Origin: a candidate division WOR-3 bacterium
GTDB taxonomy: Bacteria; Hydrothermota; 32-111
Direction of reading: 5' to 3'
DNA length: 64,000 nt
Assembly (NCBI GenBank): GCA_039804105.1
Contig: JBDRZU010000001.1
Location: 352,001 to 416,000, forward strand
Position 1 is the stretch's first letter. Each line of letters begins with the position of its first letter. Positions 48,819 to 58,610 of this stretch are shown one piece after another. The translations under genes were made by a program, and so were the position numbers. The notes beneath the pieces are model-generated. The model had not been told where the DNA came from, made no database searches, and was given only the letters and a program-made list of their open reading frames with translations.

Positions 48819-50222
48819 TTACCTCCTGAGAATCCCTTTCCTTTTAGATGAAGGGAGAATATTTAATTTTTCTCTATATTTCGCGACAGTTCTTCGTGCG
48901 ATTTTTATCGAATGTTTTTCCTCAAGAATTTTTACAAGTTCTATATCAGAATAAGGATTGTTTGGATCCTCATTCTCTATCTCTTCTTTTATGATATTCA
49001 TAATTTTTTTGTTTGAAACCTCAAAACCTGTTGTGTTTTTAACACCCTTAGAAAAGAAAAATTTTAAAGGAAATATACCAGCAGGTGTTTCCATATATTT
49101 ATTTTCTATTGCTCTTGAAACTGTTGCTTCATGAATTCCTATATAACTTGAGATATCGTTCAAAGTAAGCGGTTTTAAAGAGGAAATTCCGTTGAAGAAA
49201 AAATCTTTTTGAATCTGAACGATCCTTTCTGATATTTTTAAAAGAGTATTATTTCTTCTGTATATACCTTCAAGTAAAAACAACGCTGCATTGAACTTGT
49301 TTTTCAAAAATTTTTTTTCTTCCTGTGAAAGATTTTCGTTATTTTTGTACATTTCAAAATAACTTTTACTCAGATGAACTTCAGGGAAAGATTGTAGATT
49401 TAAAGAGACATATAGTTCTTCACCTCTCTGTTCCACTATAATATCCGGAATAATGTAATCTGAACTTTTTCCCCAACTTCCATTCGCCGGTTTGGGATTC
49501 AAAGTTCTGATCGATTCAAGAACTTTTTCAAGTTTGTTTCTTGTGATTTTTAATTTGTTTTCAATAATATATAATTTGTTTGTTAAAAACTCTTCATAAA
49601 AATCTTTTATAATCCTATATTCCAATGAATCCATTTTGTTTTGATTTTCAAGTTGAGTTAGAAGAACTTCCTGAACACTTCTACTACCGATACCTACTGG
49701 ATCAAAAAATTTATATTTTGAATGGACATATTCAACTTTTTCAATTGGAATGTTTAAATTTTCTGCGATCTGGGACAAAGATACTTCCAAAAGCCCATCA
49801 TCCGAAAGTGAAAAGGTTATCTCTTCAGCAATTTTTATTTCATCTGGATCATCAAAAAAAATATGTGATTGTGTCAAAAGGTAATCCTGCAAACTTTCAG
49901 GTTCTTCAACATTTGTTAATGGATCAAACTCTTCTCTTTCTCTATCATATCTTTCAGAAGGTAAAGATGCTCTTTTCCAATCATCATGAAAAAAATATTC
50001 ATAGTCAATTTCATCCTTCAAAGGTAGTTCAGGTTCAACCTCCTCATATGTAACATCTTCTTCTTCAAGAACATCATCGGCCAAAAATGGATTCTGTTCA
50101 ATCTCGTTCGTTATAACCTGTTGCAACTCGAGAAGAGGAAGTTGTAAAATTTTTACAAGAGTCAACAACTGTGGTGTTAATTTTATTTCCTGTCTTAAAG
50201 AGGTCTCAAGTTTCTGTTTCAT
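48819..50222 (-). CDS. rpoN: RNA polymerase sigma-54 factor
   Basis: Region I LTPQL..LQLPLLEL, FDPVGIG, HEATVSR, RpoN box ARRTVAKYRE. Confidence 0.97.
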   Translation of the reverse strand: MKQKLETSLRQEIKLTPQLLTLVKILQLPLLELQQVITNEIEQNPFLADDVLEEEDVTYEEVEPELPLKDEIDYEYFFHDDWKRASLPSERYDREREEFDPLTNVEEPESLQDYLLTQSHIFFDDPDEIKIAEEITFSLSDDGLLEVSLSQIAENLNIPIEKVEYVHSKYKFFDPVGIGSRSVQEVLLTQLENQNKMDSLEYRIIKDFYEEFLTNKLYIIENKLKITRNKLEKVLESIRTLNPKPANGSWGKSSDYIIPDIIVEQRGEELYVSLNLQSFPEVHLSKSYFEMYKNNENLSQEEKKFLKNKFNAALFLLEGIYRRNNTLLKISERIVQIQKDFFFNGISSLKPLTLNDISSYIGIHEATVSRAIENKYMETPAGIFPLKFFFSKGVKNTTGFEVSNKKIMNIIKEEIENEDPNNPYSDIELVKILEEKHSIKIARRTVAKYREKLNILPSSKRKGILRR

Positions 50223-50938
50223 AATCTGAATTTTTCTCCAAGATAGAGTTCTCTTGCCTTCTCATCGTTAATTAACTGGTGAGTATCCCCGGATAAGAGA
50301 ATCTTTCCTTCATATATTATATGTGCTACATCTACGATTTCAAGTGTTTCTCTTACATTATGATCGGTTATTAAAATTCCGATACCTTCTTTTGCAAGAT
50401 CAGTTACCATATTTTGTATTTCTTCTTTAACCTTTGGATCTATCCCTGTAAAAGGTTCATCAAGAAGTAAGAATTTTGGATTTGAAGTCAAAGCCCTTGC
50501 GATTTCGACCCTCCTTCTTTCTCCACCCGAAAGTTTGTAAGCAGGGAGATTTTTCAAATGTGATACTTTAAATTTTTCAAGGAGTTCATCAGCCCTTTTC
50601 TCATTTTTTTTTCTATCTGGAAACAACATTTCAAGTATAGCCAAAAGATTTTCTTTTACAGTTAGTTGCCTAAAAATTGAACTCTCCTGTGGAAGATATC
50701 CTATTCCCAGCCTTGCTCTTTTATACATTGGAAGATCTGTTATATCCTTTTCATCAAGAAAAATTTTCCCTGATGATACAGGAACAACTCCAACCATCAT
50801 ATAAAAAGTTGTTGTTTTACCAGCTCCATTTGGACCGAGAAGTCCAATAATTTTACCATTTTCAACTTCAAGAGACAGTTGATCCACAACTTTCCTTTTT
50901 CCGTAGTATTTAACAAGATTTTCACATCTGAGTATCAT
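50219..50938 (-). CDS. lptB: LPS export ABC transporter ATPase LptB
   Basis: GPNGAGKTTTFYM, LPMYKRARLGIGYLPQE, LSGGERRR, ITDHNVRETL, YLGEKF. Confidence 0.96.
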   Translation of the reverse strand: MILRCENLVKYYGKRKVVDQLSLEVENGKIIGLLGPNGAGKTTTFYMMVGVVPVSSGKIFLDEKDITDLPMYKRARLGIGYLPQESSIFRQLTVKENLLAILEMLFPDRKKNEKRADELLEKFKVSHLKNLPAYKLSGGERRRVEIARALTSNPKFLLLDEPFTGIDPKVKEEIQNMVTDLAKEGIGILITDHNVRETLEIVDVAHIIYEGKILLSGDTHQLINDEKARELYLGEKFRL

Positions 50939-51833
50939 TTTGTTCCTTTTTCAGAAGTTCACTTTCTTTGATCCTGAAAAAATTAAGGATATCAACTTTT
51001 GAAGATTTAAAAGATCCATCGACTGAATCGCATTTTATTCTTATTATATTATCACTTTCATTTTCAAATACAATATTGTTTTTTCCAACCATTCTCTGTA
51101 AACTATCATTTTTAAAATAAAAAACAAAAGTATCACCTTGAAAGAACGATCTGTTTGAGTATATCTCTCCCCTTTTTATCGTTTTAAAAAAAGAATTTTT
51201 TCTATCATAGATAACAGAGTCAGATTTGATCTTAAAACTATCATTGAATATCTCAACATCGTAAGAAAAAATGTTCATAGAATCTTTATCATCAATAAGA
51301 AGATTTTGAGATTTTATAGTATAGGAAGAATCATTTTTTTGAAGTATAGAATTCCCTTTTATAAAAGTTTTTTCAGTGTTTTTGAAATATTCAATATGGT
51401 TACCCAAAATTTTAAAATTTTCCTGAACATTTTCAAATAAAGGTGTTCCTGTAAAAACTAATAGTGAATCGTCAAGAAAAATTTTGAGTGTTTCACTTTC
51501 GATTAAAAATCTTTTTTCTTTTTCTGTTTTTTGAAAATTTATCAGAAATTTTTTTTCTTTTATAAAATAAATACCCGATTTTGCAAATATTTTAATAGAA
51601 TCATCTCTTTTTAGAAGAAAACTTTTAGGGAAGTATATCAAGGAATCTTTTTTCAAAATGTAAGATGAATCGGTGATAAGGTTATATTCATTAGATTTGA
51701 AATCAACATTTTTGAAAAAAAAGATTGTATCACCATTTATTGATGCTTTTTCAGAATAAAGAGTATAAGAGTATAAATATTCAATGAAAGATAAAAACAG
51801 GATTAATAAAAAAATTTTAATTTTTTTCATCAT
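50922..51833 (-). CDS. LptA/OstA-like beta-jellyroll protein
   Basis: Signal peptide, repetitive beta pattern (FTGTP, IKSDS, GDT); sits between lptC and lptB. Confidence 0.65.
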   Translation of the reverse strand: MMKKIKIFLLILFLSFIEYLYSYTLYSEKASINGDTIFFFKNVDFKSNEYNLITDSSYILKKDSLIYFPKSFLLKRDDSIKIFAKSGIYFIKEKKFLINFQKTEKEKRFLIESETLKIFLDDSLLVFTGTPLFENVQENFKILGNHIEYFKNTEKTFIKGNSILQKNDSSYTIKSQNLLIDDKDSMNIFSYDVEIFNDSFKIKSDSVIYDRKNSFFKTIKRGEIYSNRSFFQGDTFVFYFKNDSLQRMVGKNNIVFENESDNIIRIKCDSVDGSFKSSKVDILNFFRIKESELLKKEQNDTQM

Positions 51834-52302
51834 AAATTAATACTGGTGAAAGAAAAATCGTTTTTTTGAAATTATCAAAACACACGAATCCTTTTGTTAA
51901 CATTTTATCACTCTTTTTCTCTATCATGATTGAGTCCTCGGTTCTTAAAGTATCAGATTCAATATTGTAATAAAGAAATCTTGTATACAACACCATAGAA
52001 TCCGAAAATAAAACTTTAACATTTCCAAAATATTCGATCGACTTTTCATAAACATAAGAACTATCAGCAAAAATTTTTACATTTTCTCCATCCTCTCTTA
52101 TATACTCAATATTCTTCAGAACATACATTTTTAAAGAATCAATATAATAACCGGTATCAGATTTTAATGAATAAATTTTCACACTATCTTCATAATAATC
52201 GGATTTGTAATCTATAACAATATCTTTTTGAACGATTGGAACTTTTTCAATATCTTCTCTGCTACAGAAAATAAGAAAAAGAAAAAAACTAACAGTTATC
52301 AT
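51817..52302 (-). CDS. lptC: LPS export protein LptC-like
   Basis: IFADS...GNVKV...LYTRFLYY...IEK...GF pattern and position; start uncertain (52302 or 52329). Confidence 0.65.
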   Translation of the reverse strand: MITVSFFLFLIFCSREDIEKVPIVQKDIVIDYKSDYYEDSVKIYSLKSDTGYYIDSLKMYVLKNIEYIREDGENVKIFADSSYVYEKSIEYFGNVKVLFSDSMVLYTRFLYYNIESDTLRTEDSIMIEKKSDKMLTKGFVCFDNFKKTIFLSPVLIYDEKN

Positions 52303-53107
52303 CCTGAAAAATTTTACTGAAGAAATCATATTGAAATATGTCCTTTCGAATCTGGTTTTCAAAAAACTGGTATATTTTTTCAAGTGTAAACCCAGATGCA
52401 TCATAAAAATAAATTCTATGTTTTCCTTTTTCAAACCTTGTGATCATCAAAACAGGAGTTAGTTTAAACTTTCCGATGATGTTGAACCATCCGGATGGCA
52501 ATTCCTGTTCAATACCAAGAAAATTTATTTTTTTCGTTGTGAGATTGTTCAACCTCTGATCGATCATAAATGACAAAATCCTTCCTTCCTCTATGTGTTT
52601 TCTATAAACCTCAGTTGGAGAACTTTTTTCTATAAGCTTTATCCCATATTTTACTCTGATAGAGTCAATATAACTATAAAACCATTCGTCTCTTTTTTGA
52701 TAAACAATGGAGATATTGTATCCTTTTCTCTGCAACACTTGTCCCGCTACTTCCCAATTGCCATAATGCACAGAGATTAAGGATATCTTTTGATTTTTTC
52801 GTTTTAAATTTTCAAGTATTTCTAAATTTTCTATCTCGAATCTTCTTTCATCTGGATCATGAAACATAAGATATAAATTTTCAACAAGAAAAGCTGCACT
52901 GTTGAAGTATATCTTTATTGAAAATTTTATACGATACTTCTTCAAATTCTCTTTTACTCTCTTTTTACTTTTTATTCCAAAATTGTAAAACAATACAGAA
53001 ACCAATTTTGATATGATTATCAATATCTTTAAAGGCAAATATTTTAAAAGAAAAAGTGAAACTTTTACTAGTGGATCATTTTTTGAACTTTTCATACAGA
53101 TTCTCAA
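52289..53107 (-). CDS. LpxL/HtrB-family lipid A-type acyltransferase
   Basis: VHYGNWE, MIDQ, FLG, Q+Y near C-terminus; adjacent to lpt genes. Confidence 0.8.
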   Translation of the reverse strand: MRICMKSSKNDPLVKVSLFLLKYLPLKILIIISKLVSVLFYNFGIKSKKRVKENLKKYRIKFSIKIYFNSAAFLVENLYLMFHDPDERRFEIENLEILENLKRKNQKISLISVHYGNWEVAGQVLQRKGYNISIVYQKRDEWFYSYIDSIRVKYGIKLIEKSSPTEVYRKHIEEGRILSFMIDQRLNNLTTKKINFLGIEQELPSGWFNIIGKFKLTPVLMITRFEKGKHRIYFYDASGFTLEKIYQFFENQIRKDIFQYDFFSKIFQDDNC

Positions 53108-54185
53108 GAATACTCTTTTTAACTTTTACCGATTTATATTGACACACCTCAACACAACAATAACAGGTTATACATAACCTTTCTCTTACATGTGGATATC
53201 CATCAACTATATTTATTGCTCTCGCTGGACACGATTTAAAACATTTGAAACATCTTTTACAGTTTTCCGTTATGATAAATGGATAATTTGCAGTAAAATG
53301 TTTTACGAACTTTTGCTTAGCAAAATTCAAAGAAACTTTAAAACTGTTCCTGTCTGGCATTTTCATATTCAATTTATGATAATTTCCAATCACTTGATAG
53401 TTCCGATCGTAAAGACCATTTTTTATCGCAATCTTCAAAAAAGGTACATCATCGGTTTTTAAATCAAGAAGCGATGCAACAAAGTCATCAAGTACAAACC
53501 CATCCTCCGATACCAACAAAAGTCCTGTCGCAGCATAATCTCCTCCACCAGGGCCATTCCCCTGCATTCCAGTTATTCCATCGATTATGTTGATATCAGG
53601 TTTTATCGTGTTGTAGAGTTTCGTCAAAAATTCTGAAAAACTTTCTGTATCTGGATATCTTGTATGATAATAGAGTTTGCTCTCACCTGGAATCAAACCG
53701 TAAAGGTTTTTAACAGATAATGTTAACCTTGTTAGCATATGTGTTTTCAATTTTGCTATGTTAATTATATGGGGTTGATCTTCCAAAAATTCACTTATTT
53801 TTATTTTGTTTTTGATGATGTATTTTGTCCTATTCAGATTCACAAGACCTATTCCATACCTTTCAGCAATATACATATACCCTGTTTCTCTAAATATCGG
53901 ATCCATATCTTTATGAATCGCTGATGACCCATCTGCTATAATTATCCTTTCTTTTTTAATTCCTTCTGAAAGAAGTATTCTGATAACGGATTCAACAACA
54001 ACTGGATTTGTGGTTATGATATTGAGATTTGAATTGGGTTTTGTTAAAAGATTTGGTTTTAAAACTATTTTTTTTTCGTCTGAAAATTTTTTTAAAAATT
54101 CTAAACTTTTAAAAACTTGTTTTAAATTGGACTCTATCTCTTCAAGGTTATAATCAAAAATTTCAAAAGAAAAAACTTTTTTCAT
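53076..54185 (-). CDS. DUF362 domain protein with C-terminal 2x[4Fe-4S] ferredoxin
   Basis: VLKPNLL, TNP, KLKTH, KNLYG, DGI.GMQGNGP; CxxCxxCxxxCP and CxxCxCCxExC. Confidence 0.9.
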   Translation of the reverse strand: MKKVFSFEIFDYNLEEIESNLKQVFKSLEFLKKFSDEKKIVLKPNLLTKPNSNLNIITTNPVVVESVIRILLSEGIKKERIIIADGSSAIHKDMDPIFRETGYMYIAERYGIGLVNLNRTKYIIKNKIKISEFLEDQPHIINIAKLKTHMLTRLTLSVKNLYGLIPGESKLYYHTRYPDTESFSEFLTKLYNTIKPDINIIDGITGMQGNGPGGGDYAATGLLLVSEDGFVLDDFVASLLDLKTDDVPFLKIAIKNGLYDRNYQVIGNYHKLNMKMPDRNSFKVSLNFAKQKFVKHFTANYPFIITENCKRCFKCFKSCPARAINIVDGYPHVRERLCITCYCCVEVCQYKSVKVKKSILENLYEKFKK

Positions 54186-54652
54186 CTGATGAAATAGATC
54201 TTAACTTTTCTATCAAAAACTTTACTTTCAACTGGCTGAACTTCACTGTTGATTATAACTTCATAATTTTCGACCAACTCTTTTAAAACCCTTTCATCAT
54301 AAATTATAAGATATTTTGGTTTGACGATTTCAAACTCTTCTTCAAGGTACCTCTTACATCTTTTTTTTGCTTCATCCGTAAGTTCTCCATGGATTATAAG
54401 AGAACATCTATAAAGATATGTTATGTATGCTCCATACTTTACTTCCGTTTCATAGAGAGTGAGTAGAGATGATGCTTTCGCAACAAGTTTTGAATCTATC
54501 GAGAAATTATGACTTTCAGGTTCATAACCGATTATCATTATTTCTTGTAAAATATTCCCTGAAAATACCGGCTCTCCATAACTTCTCATGGGACATCCTT
54601 CACAATCTTCCATCTTCTTTAAAAATTTTTTAAACTTTATATCTCTGTCCAC
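54182..54652 (-). CDS. Degenerate uracil-DNA glycosylase family 4-like Fe-S protein
   Basis: CEGCPM...PVFSG...MIIGYEP...YITYLYRC...CKRYLEEEFEIVKPK; GTG 54652 preferred start. Confidence 0.6.
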   Translation of the reverse strand: MDRDIKFKKFLKKMEDCEGCPMRSYGEPVFSGNILQEIMIIGYEPESHNFSIDSKLVAKASSLLTLYETEVKYGAYITYLYRCSLIIHGELTDEAKKRCKRYLEEEFEIVKPKYLIIYDERVLKELVENYEVIINSEVQPVESKVFDRKVKIYFIR

Positions 54653-55184
54653 TTTTCCCCCTTGAAAAGATACAGCCACAATAATTTTGACGATAAAGGT
54701 TTAACTCTTTTGAGATCTTTACCGATTTTAAAAATCCATCATTCTTTTTTAAATTCTCTTTAACAAACTCCAATCCAAACTCTTTTGCGACTCTTTCACC
54801 AATACTGTTTATAAGATCAACATTCTTATGAGGACTTATCGTTAAAGTTGTAGAAAATATTTTAAATCCATTCTCTTTACAGAAATTTGCTGTTTTTCTG
54901 AAATTCAAAAGATGACATACTTCACAACGTTTACCCATCTCTGGTTCATCTTCAAGACCAACAATATTCTTAAGAAAAATTTCATTTTCATATTCAAGAT
55001 TTTTGCATTCAAAACCATAATGTTTTGCAACTTTTAAAACCTCTTCATATCTTTTTTGAAATTCATCAAAAGTATCCATATTATCATTAACAAAAAGTGC
55101 AAAAACATTGTATGTTTTGCTAAAGTATTCATAAGAGTAAGTCAAATCGGGAGCACAACATGTATGTAAAATTAAATTTTCCAT
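54630..55184 (-). CDS. queH: Epoxyqueuosine reductase QueH (DUF208)
   Basis: LHTCCAPD, EPEMGKRCEVC, STTLTISPHKN, YRQNYCGCIFS; ATG 55184. Confidence 0.92.
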   Translation of the reverse strand: MENLILHTCCAPDLTYSYEYFSKTYNVFALFVNDNMDTFDEFQKRYEEVLKVAKHYGFECKNLEYENEIFLKNIVGLEDEPEMGKRCEVCHLLNFRKTANFCKENGFKIFSTTLTISPHKNVDLINSIGERVAKEFGLEFVKENLKKNDGFLKSVKISKELNLYRQNYCGCIFSRGKSGQRYKV

Positions 55185-55190
55185 GTTTTT

Positions 55191-55219
55191 ATTATACACA
55201 TAGATAAACAAATATTCAA
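55191..55219 (-). promoter_or_regulatory. Sigma-70-type promoter heading the queH...lpt-rpoN gene run
   Basis: TTGAAT, 17 nt, TATAAT, then 6 nt to ATG. Confidence 0.65.
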
Positions 55220-55231
55220 GGATGGTTAATG

Positions 55232-55259
55232 TTGACATTTTACTTTTTAAAAGAATAAT
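55232..55259 (+). promoter_or_regulatory. Divergent promoter of the cupin gene
   Basis: TTGACA, 16 nt, AATAAT; SD AAGGAGG before ATG 55277. Confidence 0.45.
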
Positions 55260-55276
55260 AGATAAAGGAGGTCTTT

Positions 55277-55606
55277 ATGAATATATTTGAAAATATCCCA
55301 TTTCAGGAAGAAAATTTTGGTTACAGAAAACTTTTTGAAAACGATTACTGTTTGATACTCCAAATTGCTTTAAATCCGAAACAATCTGTTAAAGAACATA
55401 ATGCTAACTCTTTTCTTACGATAATACCAATCATTGGAGAAGTTGAAATAACAATAAATGGGATTAAATCAAACTTGAAAGAAGGAACATTGTTCAATGT
55501 GAATCTAAACGACAGAATGTTCATTGAAAATACATCAGATAAAAAAAGTTCACTTCTTGTTTTTAAAGCACCACATCCCGATAGTTTTAAAAAAGATTCT
55601 CAGTAA
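55277..55606 (+). CDS. Cupin domain protein
   Basis: L.PKQSVKEH...GEVEITING...LKEG...IENTSDK pattern. Confidence 0.75.
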   Translation: MNIFENIPFQEENFGYRKLFENDYCLILQIALNPKQSVKEHNANSFLTIIPIIGEVEITINGIKSNLKEGTLFNVNLNDRMFIENTSDKKSSLLVFKAPHPDSFKKDSQ

Positions 55607-56720
55607 AATAACTATTTTTGAAAGGTTGTTTAAATCTCTCAACGATGCTATCGTTATAATAGTACTCATTCTCGATCAACCTTTTCAACTTTTGTTCTAA
55701 ATCGCTAACATCTGATTTTGAAATCGCTTCTCCAATTTTGTTACTTTTAATAAAATCGTACAGATCATTTTTGGGGCCAACATAAAGAATCTTCTTTTTG
55801 AACTTTATTCCATCAAGAAGTTTAGAAGAGAATATTGACTGACCATCTTTCAAATTGAAAGGATGCATTATAAGAAAAATGTCTGAAGAAAAAACATACT
55901 TTTGTGTTTCCTTATAATCCATTTCTCCAAACAATTTAACAAAACTTTTCTTCTCAAGATAATTTTTTATTTTTTTATCAACTTTTCCAACAATAAAGAT
56001 TTTTATTGGAGGAGTTATTTTTTCGAATATTTCAAAAAAATCTTTATTGAATCTGAACCTATCAAGTTTACCTGAATAAAGTATAACTTTTTCTTTAAAA
56101 TTTACTTTTTCCAATTGTTGCTCTTCATCATCTAAAGAGTTCATAACAAGATCAACCCTTTTCAGTTTATATCTTTTTTTTATTAGATCTACATATCTTG
56201 GAATGTTTGTCGTGATTTTGCGAAATTTTTTAAATATGATTCTATCAAAAATATAATCAGTAAATCTTATTAATGGGATCTTATAATCTCTTAAAGTTCC
56301 ATCATAATATATATCTCTAACATCAAGTATGAACTTATCAAAATCAGTTCTTTTTAAAAATAAGGATAAAATTAAAGGTAAAGAAAATGGCGGTGCTGAA
56401 ACGATTATTCTATCAAAATTTTTTTTATGTTTCTTTAGATATTTAAACACCTCATAGGACCATAAGAACATAGAATCAGGTAAGGGGTTGAAACTCCTTA
56501 AAAAAGAATTCCCCCTATCAACACTTTTGCCTCTAATGAAAGGATCTTTTATAAAGAGTGTTTTGTGATCCAAAAAAGTTTTTTCAGATGATGTTATAAC
56601 AAGATAATCTATTTTGTTGGAATCAAATAATTTCAGCAATGATAAGAACCTTCTTCCACCACCATAATTATAAAAAGGGTAGAGATAATAAGAGATCACT
56701 AAAACCTGTTTTTTATCCAT
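55587..56720 (-). CDS. Glycosyltransferase (GT4-like)
   Basis: VISYYLYP..GGRR, LPD, VSAPPFS, DVRD, YSG, SSKL. Confidence 0.8.
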   Translation of the reverse strand: MDKKQVLVISYYLYPFYNYGGGRRFLSLLKLFDSNKIDYLVITSSEKTFLDHKTLFIKDPFIRGKSVDRGNSFLRSFNPLPDSMFLWSYEVFKYLKKHKKNFDRIIVSAPPFSLPLILSLFLKRTDFDKFILDVRDIYYDGTLRDYKIPLIRFTDYIFDRIIFKKFRKITTNIPRYVDLIKKRYKLKRVDLVMNSLDDEEQQLEKVNFKEKVILYSGKLDRFRFNKDFFEIFEKITPPIKIFIVGKVDKKIKNYLEKKSFVKLFGEMDYKETQKYVFSSDIFLIMHPFNLKDGQSIFSSKLLDGIKFKKKILYVGPKNDLYDFIKSNKIGEAISKSDVSDLEQKLKRLIENEYYYNDSIVERFKQPFKNSYFTENLF

Positions 56721-57681
56721 TTAACTTTTTCTTCAAAATTTCACCTTGTTTATAAAAATCTTTAACCTTTCCGTTATCACTTGCTAAAATGTAAACCTTT
56801 TTCAATTTTCTAAGATAAATTTTTGCTTTTTCAAAATCTTTTAATTCGTAATTAACAAGAGCCATGTTGTAGTAAACAAAAGATAAGTTCACATAAGTTT
56901 TCGGTTGTTCTATTTCCACTTTTTCTTTTAACTTTTCGAGTAATGGAAGAACCTCGTCATATTTTTTCTGTTCAAGAAGAATTTTTACATGGGTAAACAA
57001 AAACATTCTGTTTTCTGGATAAATTTCTCTTAACCGTTCACATACGATTTCAGCATCCTTATATTTTTTATCCATCTGGTACAGAATAGCAAGCACATTG
57101 TAAGCGGGATATTGAACAAAAATTCCAGAATCAGCAGAAAACTTTATGAGTTTTATGCCATCATCGTTTCCTGAAACAAAAGGTAATTTATCTTTGAATT
57201 TATTTATGAAATAACTCACAACACCTTTTCCAAGATAACTGTCGTACATTTTTTGATCGAGTTCGATTGCCCTGTTAAAATATTTCAATGCAGTTAAACC
57301 TGAATTTATAACTTTTGGGTAATTACCTTTATCCAAGTAAAAGTAAGTCCTATACAGAAAGATACCTCCAATAAAAAAGTTATCGTATGAGTTTGACATA
57401 TCCGCATACTTTAAAACAGAATCAGAACTTGAAAAGAGGATTCCAGACAAAGAATCAGTTTCAAAATCACTCATATAGGTTGATACTATAGTAGATTTTA
57501 GAAAATAATAGAGAACAGGAGAATATTTGTTTCTTATTTTTTCGGTATGTTCAAATGCATTTCTATAATCCTGCTTATATATAAAATCTATAATAGTATC
57601 AACATCATGTTTGTAAACAGGATAAGAATAAACAAAAACAAATAAAATTATAAGAATCGATAAAAGAAAAAATTTTTTCAT
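56713..57681 (-). CDS. Exported TPR protein
   Basis: Signal peptide; TPR-like helices (ALKYFNRAIELD..YDSYLGKG, YYNMALVNY). Confidence 0.75.
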   Translation of the reverse strand: MKKFFLLSILIILFVFVYSYPVYKHDVDTIIDFIYKQDYRNAFEHTEKIRNKYSPVLYYFLKSTIVSTYMSDFETDSLSGILFSSSDSVLKYADMSNSYDNFFIGGIFLYRTYFYLDKGNYPKVINSGLTALKYFNRAIELDQKMYDSYLGKGVVSYFINKFKDKLPFVSGNDDGIKLIKFSADSGIFVQYPAYNVLAILYQMDKKYKDAEIVCERLREIYPENRMFLFTHVKILLEQKKYDEVLPLLEKLKEKVEIEQPKTYVNLSFVYYNMALVNYELKDFEKAKIYLRKLKKVYILASDNGKVKDFYKQGEILKKKLNG

Positions 57682-58610
57682 AATATATTATAGTTAAACC
57701 TTTTCTTGTAATATATGAGTGAAAGAAAAAGTGTAAAAGCACATAGTAATAAAAAGTAAGGGAAAATCAAACCAAGTATAAATGAAACAAAAGGAGATGT
57801 AAACATAACAGACCATTTCACATATTTTTCATTTCTGAAAAATAATGAGATTATGAAAAAAATAAGAGAGTATGAAGTCGTTACAATTGCAAGAGTATCT
57901 TTATTGTATATGCCTGAGACCAAAGCGAGTATCATAAAAAATGTTGAAACGAATAGAGAAGTTTTTATTCCCAAAAGGATTCCTGTCGTTTTCAACCCAA
58001 CCTTTCTATCACCTTCATAATCAAGGATCGTTGTGTTTATGAAAATAGCAGCCATTGAAAACATGTAAGGTATAAAGATTATCAACTGTGGAAAACTATT
58101 TTTAACTGAAAGATAACCGATCATTGAAGCGATAAGAGCATAACCGAAAACATTTGAGAAAAGGTCAAGAAAAGGTCTACTTTTAAAATAAAAAGGTTTT
58201 GCTGAATAAAGATAACCCATAATAAAAGAGATTATGAACAGATTTAAAATTGTTTTTTGAATTTTAAAGTTAAAAAAGATCATAAAAAAACCAATAAGAA
58301 CAACAAAAATAAAAGTTGTGTATGCATTTTTCACACTTATAATCCCTTCCGGCAAAATAAAAAGTTTTTTGTTCATCCTGTCCGTTTCTATGTCTGTGAT
58401 CTGGTTAAGGATATATACTCCCCCCATCAAAAGCGAATACGCTAAAAGAATATAATAAGTTCTGAAATTGAAAACAAAATTGAAAAATTTTATATTCCCT
58501 TCTTCCCTGTAACCAAGATAAACTCCTATGAAATAAAATGTCCACAAAGCAACCTGAATTGTTGGTCTTAAAAGAAAAATATAGTCGATAAACAGAGTTT
58601 TCTTTTTCAT
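57678..58610 (-). CDS. UbiA-family prenyltransferase
   Basis: LLRP, NQITDIETDRMNK, YSAKPF.FK, ILDYEGDRKVGLKT; multiple TM helices. Confidence 0.88.
   Translation of the reverse strand: MKKKTLFIDYIFLLRPTIQVALWTFYFIGVYLGYREEGNIKFFNFVFNFRTYYILLAYSLLMGGVYILNQITDIETDRMNKKLFILPEGIISVKNAYTTFIFVVLIGFFMIFFNFKIQKTILNLFIISFIMGYLYSAKPFYFKSRPFLDLFSNVFGYALIASMIGYLSVKNSFPQLIIFIPYMFSMAAIFINTTILDYEGDRKVGLKTTGILLGIKTSLFVSTFFMILALVSGIYNKDTLAIVTTSYSLIFFIISLFFRNEKYVKWSVMFTSPFVSFILGLIFPYFLLLCAFTLFLSLIYYKKRFNYNIL

Noticed and set aside
55185..55230. Possible NrdR box upstream of queH
   Set aside because: Poor match to the palindromic consensus; the sequence is better explained as a sigma-70 promoter.
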